Origin: an uncultured Acidobacteriota bacterium
GTDB taxonomy: Bacteria > Acidobacteriota > Vicinamibacteria > Vicinamibacterales > UBA8438
Length of the DNA stretch: 64,000 nucleotides
Direction: 5' to 3'
Assembly (NCBI GenBank): GCA_913043225.1
Contig: CAJWLU010000012.1
Span: forward strand, 45,132 to 109,131
A program made the position numbers and the translations under genes. Numbering within the stretch: the stretch's first letter is position 1; every line of letters starts with the position of its first letter. Under the pieces are notes generated by a model. It searched no databases and was not told the origin of the DNA. It saw nothing but the letters and a program-made list of their open reading frames with translations. Positions 9,343 to 19,754 of the stretch are shown piece by piece.

Positions 9343-10239
9343 ATGGCGCCGATCGTCCACCTGGCGAGCTACAACCTGCAGCGGGGTATTAACTATCCGC
9401 ACTTGCTGGAACAGTTCGGTAGTCTGCCCGAACTGCGCGATGCCGACATCATTGCGGTCCAGGAAGCTCTGGTGCCGCGTGGAGGGCGCAATACCTTGGC
9501 CCGACTGTCCGAGGACCTGAGGGCCGGCCACCGGTGGAGCTATGAGCCCGTCATGCGCTATTCCGACAAGGAGTACGGCAACGGGTTTCTCTATCGGCCG
9601 GCGGTCTCGGTACGCGACGGGCGTCGGGTGTCTCTCCCTCGAGTAGCCCGGATGGGATGGTTGGCGCGGTTCAAGACCGAGGGCGGCGTGCCCGACACGA
9701 AGTCGGCCTTTGTCCAGACGTTCGACCTGCGCGGGTGCCGGTTGCGGATCGTCAATCTGCACCTCGACTTCGCAGGCGGGGCCGAGCACCGCGTCGCGCA
9801 GTTGACCCACCTGCTCGACATGGTTGATAGCCCCCTGGGGGGCGGCCACGAAGTGGACATCCTCTGTGGAGATTTCAACACCAGCGGCCCTGTCAGCGTG
9901 CCTCGGGTGGTGGCCGATACCGATCAGGTGCTGGAGGTGGCCAGGCGTCGCGGGTTCGTCGACTGCTCGGCCGACGTGGCCTGGACCAGCGATCTGTTCA
10001 CCAGCATCGACGATGCCGATCCGGCGCGTCGATGGCTTGTTCTGGGCCGGGCGCTCGGATTGCACTACCGCCAGAAACTGGACCATGTAATGGTGCGCGG
10101 AGGGGTGCCGGTGGAGCCGGCCGGCGTCGTGGCCGGCGTGGTCCGGGGATCCGGGGCCGCCTCAGACCATTTGCCGCTTACCGTCCACATCGACCTGGTG
10201 GGGCGGTATTATCGTGAAGATAGGGAGACCGCACGATGA
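9343..10239 (+). CDS. Endonuclease/exonuclease/phosphatase family protein
   Basis: SYNL, DIIAVQE, YGNG, NLHL, CGDFN, KLDH, SDHLP. Confidence 0.9.
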   Translation: MAPIVHLASYNLQRGINYPHLLEQFGSLPELRDADIIAVQEALVPRGGRNTLARLSEDLRAGHRWSYEPVMRYSDKEYGNGFLYRPAVSVRDGRRVSLPRVARMGWLARFKTEGGVPDTKSAFVQTFDLRGCRLRIVNLHLDFAGGAEHRVAQLTHLLDMVDSPLGGGHEVDILCGDFNTSGPVSVPRVVADTDQVLEVARRRGFVDCSADVAWTSDLFTSIDDADPARRWLVLGRALGLHYRQKLDHVMVRGGVPVEPAGVVAGVVRGSGAASDHLPLTVHIDLVGRYYREDRETAR

Positions 10240-10502
10240 TGACCATTCAGAACCAGACGGCTCGTTTTCTGCGGGTCCCGTTGTCTCGTGGTAAGGTGCT
10301 GCGCCTTGGTCCACGCAAGGAGGGCCAGATCTCCACCCAGGACGCCGAGCGGGAGTCGGTGAAGGCGTTGGTCGACGACGGAACCCTCAAGGTGATGGGG
10401 GTCGGACCACAGGCCGGCTCCGCCTCGCCCGCCAATCCCGCCTCGCGCGCCAACGTCCACGGCCACCTACCGAGAGTAGCTGGACGCCGGGGCGATCGTT
10501 GA
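10236..10502 (+). CDS. Small basic hypothetical protein
   Basis: 88-codon ORF, GGGAG RBS, ATGA overlap with the upstream stop, coding-like codon usage. Confidence 0.6.
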   Translation: MMTIQNQTARFLRVPLSRGKVLRLGPRKEGQISTQDAERESVKALVDDGTLKVMGVGPQAGSASPANPASRANVHGHLPRVAGRRGDR

Positions 10503-10583
10503 TCCGGCACGTCTGTCAATGCCAGACGTCCGGCAGGCCCCGGCTATAATCTCCGGCGTCTATCAAGCGGAGGAGTCTCGACT

Positions 10584-12701
10584 ATGCAAGGCAAGGTGAT
10601 GACGCGGTGTGCCCTAGGCGCGCTGCTTGGAATGCTATCGGCGACGGCGACCCAGGCGCAGGACGGCTCGTGGCAGACCTACGGTACCGAGAATGGCGAG
10701 TGGCGGAGTTATGCCGGCAATATCGCCGGGCAGAAATACTCGCCGCTGGACCAGATCGACGGTAGCAACTTCGAGCAGCTCGAGCTCGCCTGGAGCTGGG
10801 AGTCAGCTGACCGGATGGTCAGCCGGACCATGCCCGACGGGAGCGAGTGGTGGGCGCCACTCGAGACTATCGTCGAGTCGCTGGTCGAGGACACCCCGGA
10901 TCTGTATCGCACCAGCCATCTTCCTCGGGCTGGCGGCATGCAGGCGACGCCGCTGATGGTCGACGGCGTGCTCTACTTCAACACCGCGCTGTCCCAGGGC
11001 GTGGCGATCGACGCAACCACCGGTGAGACCATCTGGGTCTATAACCCCAAGAGCTACGAAGAGGGGACTACCCCGATGAGCGGCACCTTCCGCCAGCGCG
11101 GCGTCGCCTACTGGACCGACGGCGAGGGTGACGAGCGGATCCTCTGGGGGACCGGCGCCGGGTATCTGGTCTGTGTCGAGGCCAAGACCGGGCGCCCGTG
11201 TCCAGATTTCGGGGACAACGGCAACGGCATGGTCGACGCTATGGTGGGCATTCCGCGGGCTGTGCGCGAGGAGCGGGACGAGCTCAACGCGATGCTCTAC
11301 GGCATCCACTCGCCGCCGATCGTGGTGCGCGATAAGGTGATTCATGGTTCCCAGATTGCCGACCGCCGCCATACCAAGGAGGCGGTACCCGGCTGGGTGC
11401 GGGCCTGGGACATTAAGACCGGCCAGCACGCATGGGACTTCCACACTGTCCCGAACAGCAACGACGAGTTCGGCGCCGACACCTGGCTGAACGAGTCGTG
11501 GCGCTACTCGGGCAACGCCAACGTCTGGTCGATGTTGGCCGGCGACAACGAACTGGGGCATGTCTATCTGCCGACTGGCACAGCCACCAACGATTACTAC
11601 GGAGCCGATCGGCCGGGTGACAACCTTTTCTCTGAGTCGATCATCGCCGTGGACATAGAGACCGGCGCGCGGATCTGGCACTTCCAGGCGGTGCACCACG
11701 GTTTGTGGGACTACGACTTCCCGACCCATCCAAACTTGGCGGATATTACCGTGGACGGGCGCGACATTAAGGCGCTCGTGCAGGTCAGCAAGCAGGGCTT
11801 CGTCTATACCTTCGATCGGGTCACGGGCGACCCGGTGTGGCCGATCGAAGAGCGGCCGGTGCCGACCGAAACCAACATGCCGAACGAACGGGTGTCGCCC
11901 ACCCAGCCGTTCCCCACGAGACCGGAGCCGTTCGAGTATCAGGGTGTCACTATCGACGATCTTGTCGATTTCACCCCTGAGATCAGGGAGATGGCGATCG
12001 AGGCGGTCAAGCCCTTCCGTCTGGGGCCACTCTTCACGCCAATCTCGCGGCCGGTCGAGGGCGGATGGCAGGGCACGCTGATGCGGCCCCCCGACGGCGG
12101 TGCCGCCACTTGGGCGGGCGCTGCGCTCGATCCCGAGACCGGGTGGCTTTATGTGCCGTCACGGAACCAGGCAGTGGTGATCACGATGTATGCGCCCGAT
12201 CCGGCCATCGGGGCGACCGTGGCGTATACGCACGGGGCTCCGGAAGTGGACCGGCTCGCTGGCCGGGGGCCCGGGTCATCGCGGAGCGGCGCACTGATGC
12301 CGCAGGGGTTGCCGCTTCTCAAGCCGCCTTACAGCCGGATGACCGCCATCAACATGAACACCGGAGACCATGAGTGGATGCAGCCGCTTGGCAATGGCGA
12401 CCGTATTCGCAACCATCCGAGGCTGCGGGACCTCAACCTGCCACCGCTGGGCGGCGACGGGGTTGGGGGGCCGGTGCTCACTAAGACGATGGTCGTCAGC
12501 GCGCTTTCGGCCGGTGGTAGCACGGGCGGCCCGCGTCTGGTCGCGCGGTCGAAGGAGACCGGCGAGGAGTTCGGATCGGTCGACCTGCCGACCGGGGCTC
12601 TCGGAACGCCGATGACCTACATGGTCGACGGCGTCCAGTACATAGCGGTGCCGATCGGTGGGCGGCCACCACAGATGGTCGCCTTCCGTCTGCCGGAATA
12701 G
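10584..12701 (+). CDS. Periplasmic PQQ-dependent dehydrogenase (glucose/quinate dehydrogenase type)
   Basis: TATAAT at 10545 and GGAGGAG RBS; GEWRSYAG..KYSPLDQI, ATPLMVDG, HHGLWDYD, PMTYMVDGVQY. Confidence 0.9.
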   Translation: MQGKVMTRCALGALLGMLSATATQAQDGSWQTYGTENGEWRSYAGNIAGQKYSPLDQIDGSNFEQLELAWSWESADRMVSRTMPDGSEWWAPLETIVESLVEDTPDLYRTSHLPRAGGMQATPLMVDGVLYFNTALSQGVAIDATTGETIWVYNPKSYEEGTTPMSGTFRQRGVAYWTDGEGDERILWGTGAGYLVCVEAKTGRPCPDFGDNGNGMVDAMVGIPRAVREERDELNAMLYGIHSPPIVVRDKVIHGSQIADRRHTKEAVPGWVRAWDIKTGQHAWDFHTVPNSNDEFGADTWLNESWRYSGNANVWSMLAGDNELGHVYLPTGTATNDYYGADRPGDNLFSESIIAVDIETGARIWHFQAVHHGLWDYDFPTHPNLADITVDGRDIKALVQVSKQGFVYTFDRVTGDPVWPIEERPVPTETNMPNERVSPTQPFPTRPEPFEYQGVTIDDLVDFTPEIREMAIEAVKPFRLGPLFTPISRPVEGGWQGTLMRPPDGGAATWAGAALDPETGWLYVPSRNQAVVITMYAPDPAIGATVAYTHGAPEVDRLAGRGPGSSRSGALMPQGLPLLKPPYSRMTAINMNTGDHEWMQPLGNGDRIRNHPRLRDLNLPPLGGDGVGGPVLTKTMVVSALSAGGSTGGPRLVARSKETGEEFGSVDLPTGALGTPMTYMVDGVQYIAVPIGGRPPQMVAFRLPE

Positions 12702-12746
12702 CTCGGGCACATTAAGGTTTTGGGCCTTCTATCAGGAGCTGAACTG

Positions 12747-13757
12747 ATGCCTGCGTATCGATTGTGCGGCATCCTGCTTGTGGGGGTGAGCCTCGGGTGT
12801 TCGCCGTCTCCATCAGGGTCGCTTCCGCCGTCAGAAGCCTCATCGTCTCCTTCACCGGCCTCTTCATCGGCGCGAGAGGTAAGCACCGTTGCCACGATCG
12901 CCTTCACCGAAGGACCCACTGCCGATCAGGATGGCACGGTCTACTTCACCGACCTCCGAAACAACCGGATCCTGCGGCTGGGTGTCGATGGCCAGGTGTC
13001 CACCTTTCGCCAGCCGAGCAACGACGCCAATGGGTTGTTGTTCGACAGCGAGTTTCGGCTGCTGGCCTGTGAGGGGGGCGACGGCGAGACGGCCCTGCCG
13101 CGAGTGACTCGTACCAACATGGTGACCGGCGAGGTCGAAGTGCTGGCTGACAGCTTCGAGGGCAAGCAGTTCCATCGCCCCAACGACCTGACCTTCGACA
13201 GTCAGGGCCGCATCTATTTCACTGATCGGCCCGGTGCCAACGTCACACCCGAGCAGACCGGCGTACATGGGGTATATCGCATCGATCCTGATGGCACCGT
13301 CGCCCGTGTCCTGACCGAGCCGGAGGTGGTGCGTCCCAATGGCATCGTCATCTCGCCTGACGACTTGACGCTGTATGTCATCGAGACTGAACAGAGAGAG
13401 GGGGGGGCTCGTCTGATTCGCGCCTACGACTTGGCGGAGGACGGCACGGTCGGCAATCACCGGGTGTTCCACGACTTCTATCCTGGGCGGAGCGGTGACG
13501 GGATGACCATCGACAGCCAGGGCAACCTGTATGTGGCCGCTGGGCTGAACGCGTTGCGGGGGACCAGCGAGACGCTCGACACAGTGGCCGGCATCCATGT
13601 GTTCTCGCCGGCGGGTCAGCTGCTCGAGCACATCCCGATTCCCGAGGACACGATCACGAACGCAGCTTTCGGTGGCGACGATATGCGGACGCTGTATGTC
13701 ACCGCCGGGAAGACGGTATACACCTTCCTGACCGACATCGAAGGGACGAGACGATGA
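12747..13757 (+). CDS. SMP-30/gluconolactonase family lipoprotein
   Basis: Lipobox SLG-C, FTEGP, PNDL, PNGI, DGMTID.QGNLY, FGG...TLYVT. Confidence 0.9.
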   Translation: MPAYRLCGILLVGVSLGCSPSPSGSLPPSEASSSPSPASSSAREVSTVATIAFTEGPTADQDGTVYFTDLRNNRILRLGVDGQVSTFRQPSNDANGLLFDSEFRLLACEGGDGETALPRVTRTNMVTGEVEVLADSFEGKQFHRPNDLTFDSQGRIYFTDRPGANVTPEQTGVHGVYRIDPDGTVARVLTEPEVVRPNGIVISPDDLTLYVIETEQREGGARLIRAYDLAEDGTVGNHRVFHDFYPGRSGDGMTIDSQGNLYVAAGLNALRGTSETLDTVAGIHVFSPAGQLLEHIPIPEDTITNAAFGGDDMRTLYVTAGKTVYTFLTDIEGTRR

Positions 13758-14896
13758 GTATACGCGTGCGCTCGTTGCTCGTTGCGTGGGCCGTGGTGCT
13801 GACTCCCCAAATGACCTTGGCGCAGTCGATTGACACGGTCGCCGCCCTCGTGCCGGCGCCTCTGGGCTACGCCTCGGTGGTCGAAGAGGCTCGACGCCTG
13901 GTGATCGCTGATCAGGCGGAGCGTGGCTACCCGGGCATCGCGATTGCGGTTTCGGTCGACGGTGAGACGGTATGGTCCGAGGGGTTCGGCTACGCCGACC
14001 TCGAGCATCGGGTGCCGATGTGGCCGTCGGCCAAGTTCCGGGTCGGCAGCATCTCCAAGTCGATGACGGCCGCCGCCGCGGCCACTCTGGTCGAAGCGGG
14101 GCGCCTCGATCTCGACGTGCCGATCCAGCGCTATGTCCCGTCGTTTCCGGAGAAGGCGCACCCCATTACGGCTCGTCAGCTCGGCGGGCACTTGGGCGGC
14201 ATTCGCCACTACAAGGGCGACGAGAACCTGATTAACGAGCAGTACGACACGGTGTCGGAAGCACTCTTGATCTTCGCGGCCGATCCACTGGAGCATCCCC
14301 CCGGAAGCGAGTTCCTCTACACGAGTCACGGTTTCAATCTGTTGAGCGCCGTGGTCGAGGGGGCTGCGGGTGAGGACTTTCTGACCTACATGCGTCACGC
14401 TGTGTTCCGTCCGCTTGGGATGGGAGATACCGTCGCCGACCATGTCGCGCCGATCATCGCCGGACGGACGAGTTACTACGTGCGGGACGATGCGGGTCAG
14501 GTGGTGAACGCACCGTGGGTGAACAATAGCTACAAATGGGCGGGTGGCGGGTTCCTGTCAACGACCGAGGATGTCCTCCGGTTTGCTAACGCCCATCTCG
14601 GCGATGAATACCTGTCTCGTGAAGCCCGCCGCCTCCTGTTCGCCGAGCAGCGCAACGCGGCCGGTGAGGGCACCGGGTACGGTCTTGGCTGGTTCGTCGA
14701 TACTGGTGATGACGGGCGGCGACTTCTCTTCCATGCGGGTGGGTCCATCGGCGGAACTTCGCTGATGATCATGCAGCCCGAGACTGGCGTCGTGGTGGTC
14801 GGGCTGATCAACCTGTCCGGGGCACAGAACGGTGTCGTGCGCGATGTCCTACGGCTGTTCGTTGGGGCGGCCGATATGACCACTAGTGAATCCTGA
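13754..14896 (+). CDS. Secreted serine hydrolase (class C beta-lactamase-like)
   Basis: SxxK (GSISK), YTS, HAG; signal peptide. Confidence 0.88.
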   Translation: MSIRVRSLLVAWAVVLTPQMTLAQSIDTVAALVPAPLGYASVVEEARRLVIADQAERGYPGIAIAVSVDGETVWSEGFGYADLEHRVPMWPSAKFRVGSISKSMTAAAAATLVEAGRLDLDVPIQRYVPSFPEKAHPITARQLGGHLGGIRHYKGDENLINEQYDTVSEALLIFAADPLEHPPGSEFLYTSHGFNLLSAVVEGAAGEDFLTYMRHAVFRPLGMGDTVADHVAPIIAGRTSYYVRDDAGQVVNAPWVNNSYKWAGGGFLSTTEDVLRFANAHLGDEYLSREARRLLFAEQRNAAGEGTGYGLGWFVDTGDDGRRLLFHAGGSIGGTSLMIMQPETGVVVVGLINLSGAQNGVVRDVLRLFVGAADMTTSES

Positions 14897-14937
14897 CGAC
14901 ACTGCTCCGCACGCCCGCTCCCGATCAGGACACCGGT

Positions 14938-15366
14938 TTGCATAGGCGGTCGCTGGAGTTTTGGCGCTGGGAACCGATCTACCGCCACGAAGGTGAGCTG
15001 TATCTCGAACGGCTGCGTTTGATCGCCTGCCGCTGGTTCGGCATTTACGTGCACTGGTTCCATGAGAGCGACGACGACTCCTTGCACGACCATCCCTGGC
15101 CGTTCCTCACGATCATCCTACGGGGAGGCTACTGGGAGCACACGCCCGGTCCGGGCAGCACCCTCGGCAAGCGGTGGCATCGGCCTGGCGCGATCCGTTT
15201 CTGTCCCGCGAACTGGCTGCACCGGGTCGAGATCGACCCAGCCCGCAAGCCGCTTACCGTCGTGATCCGAGGAACTCAGATCCGGCGCTGGGGGTTCCAG
15301 ACTCCCAACGGATGGATCCCCTGGCCCGAGTACAAGGGACAAAAAAAGCGATCCGCTTCGTCCTGA
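14938..15366 (+). CDS. Cupin-like protein (HDHPW family)
   Basis: LHDHPWPFLTIILRGGYWEH...HRVEI...RWGF; start codon uncertain. Confidence 0.7.
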   Translation: MHRRSLEFWRWEPIYRHEGELYLERLRLIACRWFGIYVHWFHESDDDSLHDHPWPFLTIILRGGYWEHTPGPGSTLGKRWHRPGAIRFCPANWLHRVEIDPARKPLTVVIRGTQIRRWGFQTPNGWIPWPEYKGQKKRSASS

Positions 15367-15431
15367 TCAAACGTGAGTCACGCCCTCCTCTTTCTCCCCG
15401 ATGCGCCCGACCATGGTCCAGTGGAGGCGGG

Positions 15432-16277
15432 CTAGTGGCTCATGGCGTGTAACAGGACGTTGACGCCTAGCGAGTAACCCTCCGGGGCGAATTGATCAAA
15501 GAAGCGGGGGTCTTCACCCTCGCGCTCCCACGAGTCCTGAATGTCCGTGTTGTGGGTCATCGCTACCAGAATGCGTCCGTCGTCGTCGGTGATTACCCGG
15601 AAGTGAGCCGCGTTGCTGTCGATGCCACGTTCCGAGGTAGATGACCCTCCGGTTCGCCGCCAGTAGCGGATATTGGTTATCTGAGGCACTTCCCAGATGT
15701 TGTAGTGCGCCTGGAACAGCGGATGATCGAGCGGCAGGTCAATAATGGGATATTCCGACGGCGGCAAGACCCGTGAGATCTCCGCCTCCCACTGATTCCA
15801 GGCCGGGGTACCCCAGAAGTCGTCCACCCAGAGAAAGCCGCCCTTGAGCAGATACTCGCGCAGGCGCTGCACTTCGATCGCAGAGAATCCCACCGTGCCG
15901 ACGTCAGAGCCCATCAGGAACGGGCAGGTGAACAGCGCCGGGTCTGTGGCCCCTACCACCCAGTGGTTAGGCCGTTTCCGCTCGTCGAAGTCGACCTTGG
16001 TCGAGGTCAGCTCGGAGAGCCGGATCATAAAGTTGGAGTCGGCGTCAGGATAGTCGGTGCTCCAGCCGTACCCCTCCCGTTCCCGACGCACACTCGTGTA
16101 CATCAACCGGCAGAAGGTAAAGCCGTTGTCACGGTGAGCTGCCGGTTTGAGCCGCGGTGTGCGCCGGCTGCCGCGGAACCCACCCCAGCCTACCTGGGCG
16201 TCGGCGACCGATGCCAGGAGCATGGCAACGACCAGCGCAATGGCGCCGCCGGATAGCCATCGAGCGTTCAGGCGCAT
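15432..16277 (-). CDS. DUF4159-family secreted protein
   Basis: FTFCRLMY, WSTDYP, LREYLLKGGFLWVDDFWG, HNTDIQDSWERE. Confidence 0.8.
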   Translation of the reverse strand: MRLNARWLSGGAIALVVAMLLASVADAQVGWGGFRGSRRTPRLKPAAHRDNGFTFCRLMYTSVRREREGYGWSTDYPDADSNFMIRLSELTSTKVDFDERKRPNHWVVGATDPALFTCPFLMGSDVGTVGFSAIEVQRLREYLLKGGFLWVDDFWGTPAWNQWEAEISRVLPPSEYPIIDLPLDHPLFQAHYNIWEVPQITNIRYWRRTGGSSTSERGIDSNAAHFRVITDDDGRILVAMTHNTDIQDSWEREGEDPRFFDQFAPEGYSLGVNVLLHAMSH

Positions 16278-16411
16278 AATCCTTTAAGAGTGCTGATTGT
16301 GTCACACCGCCGAGGCTCGGCGTTCGGTTTCCAGAACGGTTGCGTCGGAGACTCGGCTGGGCCATTATGCGGGGGCATCGACGCGACCGATGGAGGCAGG
16401 GGAGAGCAGGG

Positions 16412-17431
16412 ATGAGCACTCAACCTCGAGCAGTGGGGCCTAGGGCTTACGCAGCGTTGATTGGTATCGCGTGTGGGCTGATGGTCGCCTCAGTTGTGGC
16501 GCAGGATCCGGTGGGCTGGACGCCGTCGCGTACGGCCGATGGGAAGGTGGACCTGCAGGGCATCTGGGCGAATAATCGCGCGACTCCAATGCAGCGGCCG
16601 GAGCAATTTGGCGAGAAGGCGACGCTCAGTGATGAGGAGTTGGCTGAGCTAACCCAGCTGATCGCCGAGTTCCGTGACTCGGAGCAGGCAGGTGACCTGC
16701 TGGGCGACCGGCTGATCCAGCAGGCTCTGGGTAACTCGACCTTCCAGGACTTCGATGCCGAGACCGGCAATTACAATGCGTTCTGGCTGGTCGACCGAGC
16801 GCTCGACAACCGTACTTCGCTCATCATCAACCCGCCCAACGGGCGTCGACCTTCGATGACCGATGCGGCGCAGGCGCGCGCCCGGGAGCGCGGGGCGGCT
16901 CGCGCAGAACGGGGGCCGTCGGACGGGCCCGAGGACCGGACGCTCGGCGACCGCTGCCTGCACTTCTCGGTGCCGAACATGGGGTCTGGCTACAATAGCT
17001 ACTTCCAGCTGCTGCAGACGCCGGATCAGGTCACCATCATGCAGGAGATGGGGCACCTGGTTCGCACGATTCCGCTCGATGACCGTCCCCACCTCGACGA
17101 CAAGATCCCGCAGTGGGCGGGCAACGCACGTGGACACTGGGAGGGCGATACGCTCGTTGTCGAGACTCGCAATTGGGACCCGCGCAGCCGCTTTAGTGGA
17201 GGCTCCTCGAATCTGGTGTTGACCGAACGGTTTACGCGCATCGCGCCCCGTGTACTGCGTCAGGAGATCACGCTGACCGACATGGATACCTGGATCCAGC
17301 CGTGGACAGTGGAACTCCTGCTGGACCAGAGCGACGACGCGATCTTCGAGTACGCCTGTCACGAAGGGAACTACGCTATGGAAGGTATCCTGGGTGGTGC
17401 CCGCTACGAGGAGCGAGAAGCGGGGCGGTAG
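16412..17431 (+). CDS. Secreted EYACHEGN-family protein, copy 1
   Basis: Signal peptide; DLQGIW, DRC, QLLQT, GHWEGDTLVVET, TERF, FEYACHEGNY. Confidence 0.85.
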   Translation: MSTQPRAVGPRAYAALIGIACGLMVASVVAQDPVGWTPSRTADGKVDLQGIWANNRATPMQRPEQFGEKATLSDEELAELTQLIAEFRDSEQAGDLLGDRLIQQALGNSTFQDFDAETGNYNAFWLVDRALDNRTSLIINPPNGRRPSMTDAAQARARERGAARAERGPSDGPEDRTLGDRCLHFSVPNMGSGYNSYFQLLQTPDQVTIMQEMGHLVRTIPLDDRPHLDDKIPQWAGNARGHWEGDTLVVETRNWDPRSRFSGGSSNLVLTERFTRIAPRVLRQEITLTDMDTWIQPWTVELLLDQSDDAIFEYACHEGNYAMEGILGGARYEEREAGR

Positions 17432-17527
17432 GTAACGCTAGCGTCTAGGTTGGGGTCTATTTACCATGTGGTTGCCTGGTGAGGCATGTCGTTGGCGCGT
17501 CCCGCGCCGGGCTGATAAGAGGACGAG

Positions 17528-18535
17528 ATGTTGACCTTTCGCGCCGCCGCTCTGGGCGGGTTCCTGGCTGTGGTGGGCCTGATAGGCACTGCCTTGGCCC
17601 AGTCATCGGACATTCCCCGTACCCCGTGGGGGCACCCGGACATGCAAGGCCTCTGGAATAACTCCACGACTACCCCGCTCGAGGCACTGACTGGGGAGGA
17701 GCGGGCGCGAAGCCGCGAGGCGAGGCGTCCCGTAATCGAGGCGACGGCAGGCACTGGCGCCGCGTTTCCAGAGCAACGGGGCCCGCTTGACCGACCTTCG
17801 CTCATCATCGACCCGCCAGACGGCCGGATCAAGATGACCGACAAGGCCATCCGACGTCTGATCGTGCGGGAGAACGCACGGGAGGGACGCGGCGAGTCCG
17901 ACTCCTGGCTCGACCGGAACAGCTGGGAGCGTTGCATCTCCCGCACCCTGCCGGTGGCGATGATCCCGAATCTCTACAACGCGAACTATCAGATCTTCCA
18001 GACCCCGGATTACGTCGTTCTGATAATGGAAATGATCCACGAGGCTCGGATCATTCCGCTCGATCTGCCACCCTCCTCGGAGAAGATTCGCCAGTGGCTG
18101 GGCGACTCGCGGGGGCGCTGGGAGGATGACACCCTGGTAGTCGAGACGATCCACTTCAACGACAAGCTCGATGGGGGCGACTATCAGCCGTCACATATCA
18201 TTCAGACCGGGCATCGCGGTTCGGGCGCGACGCTCAAGCTCACCGAGCGGTTCACCCTGACCGACACCAGCACCATTGACTATCAGTTCACGGTGGAAGA
18301 TTCCGAGACGTACACTCAACCCTACACCGTGGCGATCCCAATGGAGCGGTCGGCCCCAGACGTGGTGCTCTTCGAGTATGCCTGTCACGAAGGCAACTAT
18401 GGGATGACCAACCTGTTGCACGCCGGTCGCGCCGACGAAGCCCAGGCGCTCGAGTTGGCCGGGCTCGTGTCTGAGCAGCGGAAGGATGCGGGCCACCCTG
18501 GCGTTCGTGAGCCGGCCGTGCCGTTCGTGCCCTAG
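17528..18535 (+). CDS. Secreted EYACHEGN-family protein, copy 2
   Basis: PRTPWGHPDMQGLW, ERC, YNANYQIFQT, FEYACHEGNY. Confidence 0.85.
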   Translation: MLTFRAAALGGFLAVVGLIGTALAQSSDIPRTPWGHPDMQGLWNNSTTTPLEALTGEERARSREARRPVIEATAGTGAAFPEQRGPLDRPSLIIDPPDGRIKMTDKAIRRLIVRENAREGRGESDSWLDRNSWERCISRTLPVAMIPNLYNANYQIFQTPDYVVLIMEMIHEARIIPLDLPPSSEKIRQWLGDSRGRWEDDTLVVETIHFNDKLDGGDYQPSHIIQTGHRGSGATLKLTERFTLTDTSTIDYQFTVEDSETYTQPYTVAIPMERSAPDVVLFEYACHEGNYGMTNLLHAGRADEAQALELAGLVSEQRKDAGHPGVREPAVPFVP

Positions 18536-18556
18536 AGCTTCACCGATGAGAGCCTG

Positions 18557-19612
18557 ATGACCAGTAAATGCCAGATTCTGATCTGCCTGACCATTGCCCT
18601 CGCCCTTGCCGCGGCGGCGCCGGCCGATGCTCAGTGGACCCCGAAGCGTCTGGCGGCTGATTCGGTCGAGTTGCCCCGTACCCTCTGGGGCACCCCCGAC
18701 TTCCAAGGCCTGTGGAACAACTCCACTACCACCCCGCTTGAGCGGTTGACCTCTGAAGAGCAGGCGCAGAGCCGCCGAGCACAGCAGGCGGTCATCGAGG
18801 CCACTGGCGGCACCGGTGCAGGCTGGCTCGAGCAGGCTGGGCAGATCGAGCGCGAGTCTCTCGTCATCGACCCGCCCGACGGCCGGATCCGGATGACCGA
18901 GGTGGGCGTGCGGCGTCTCATCGACCGCGAGAACGCGCGTGCCGGTCGCGGCGAGGCCGATTCTTGGCTTGATCGGAATAGCTGGGAGCGCTGCATTTCG
19001 CGGACCCTGCCCACCGCGATGATTCCGACGCTCTACAACGCGAACTATCAGATCTTCCAGACCCCCGATCACTTCGTCATCATGATGGAGATGATTCACG
19101 AGGCGCGGATCGTGCCGCTCGACGGCCGTCCCCGCAACTCCGAGAACATCCGCCAGTGGCTGGGTGACGCGCGTGGTTATTGGGAGGGGGACACCCTCGT
19201 CGTCGAGACCATGCATTTCAACTCGCGGCTCGACGGGGGCGACTATCAACCGTCACACGTCACCCCGACCGGCCCACGGGGGTCGGGTGAGACGCTGAAG
19301 GTGACCGAGCGGTTCACCATGATGGACGTGAACACTATCGACTATCAGATCTCCGTGGAGGACCCCCAGACCTTCGCCGTGCCCTACACGGTCGCCATTC
19401 CGATGTCGCGGTCCGCGACCGACGTGACCCTGTTCGAATATGCCTGCCACGAAGGTAACCACGCGATGGTGAATCTGCTCAACGCCGGCCGCGCCGACGA
19501 GCAACTCGCCATCGACGCTGCTGCCCTCGTCTCCGAGCAAAGAAAAGCAGCTGGCCATCCGGGAGTTCGGGAGCCGGCGGTACCGTTCGCGCCCATTCCA
19601 CTCAAGCCATAA
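18557..19612 (+). CDS. Secreted EYACHEGN-family protein, copy 3 (tandem duplicate of copy 2)
   Basis: Long blocks identical to copy 2; FEYACHEGNH. Confidence 0.85.
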   Translation: MTSKCQILICLTIALALAAAAPADAQWTPKRLAADSVELPRTLWGTPDFQGLWNNSTTTPLERLTSEEQAQSRRAQQAVIEATGGTGAGWLEQAGQIERESLVIDPPDGRIRMTEVGVRRLIDRENARAGRGEADSWLDRNSWERCISRTLPTAMIPTLYNANYQIFQTPDHFVIMMEMIHEARIVPLDGRPRNSENIRQWLGDARGYWEGDTLVVETMHFNSRLDGGDYQPSHVTPTGPRGSGETLKVTERFTMMDVNTIDYQISVEDPQTFAVPYTVAIPMSRSATDVTLFEYACHEGNHAMVNLLNAGRADEQLAIDAAALVSEQRKAAGHPGVREPAVPFAPIPLKP

Positions 19613-19754
19613 GGGTGCCAGCAGTCGCGGCTGCACCCAGCGCTACAGTCGTTGGTGCCCATTCCGCCAGATCATCAGATCTTCGCTGGTCTCATCCCAG
19701 GCCGGCACGCTACAATCAGCCGACACTCTGCGCAGTACCGAGGTCCGGAGTTCT

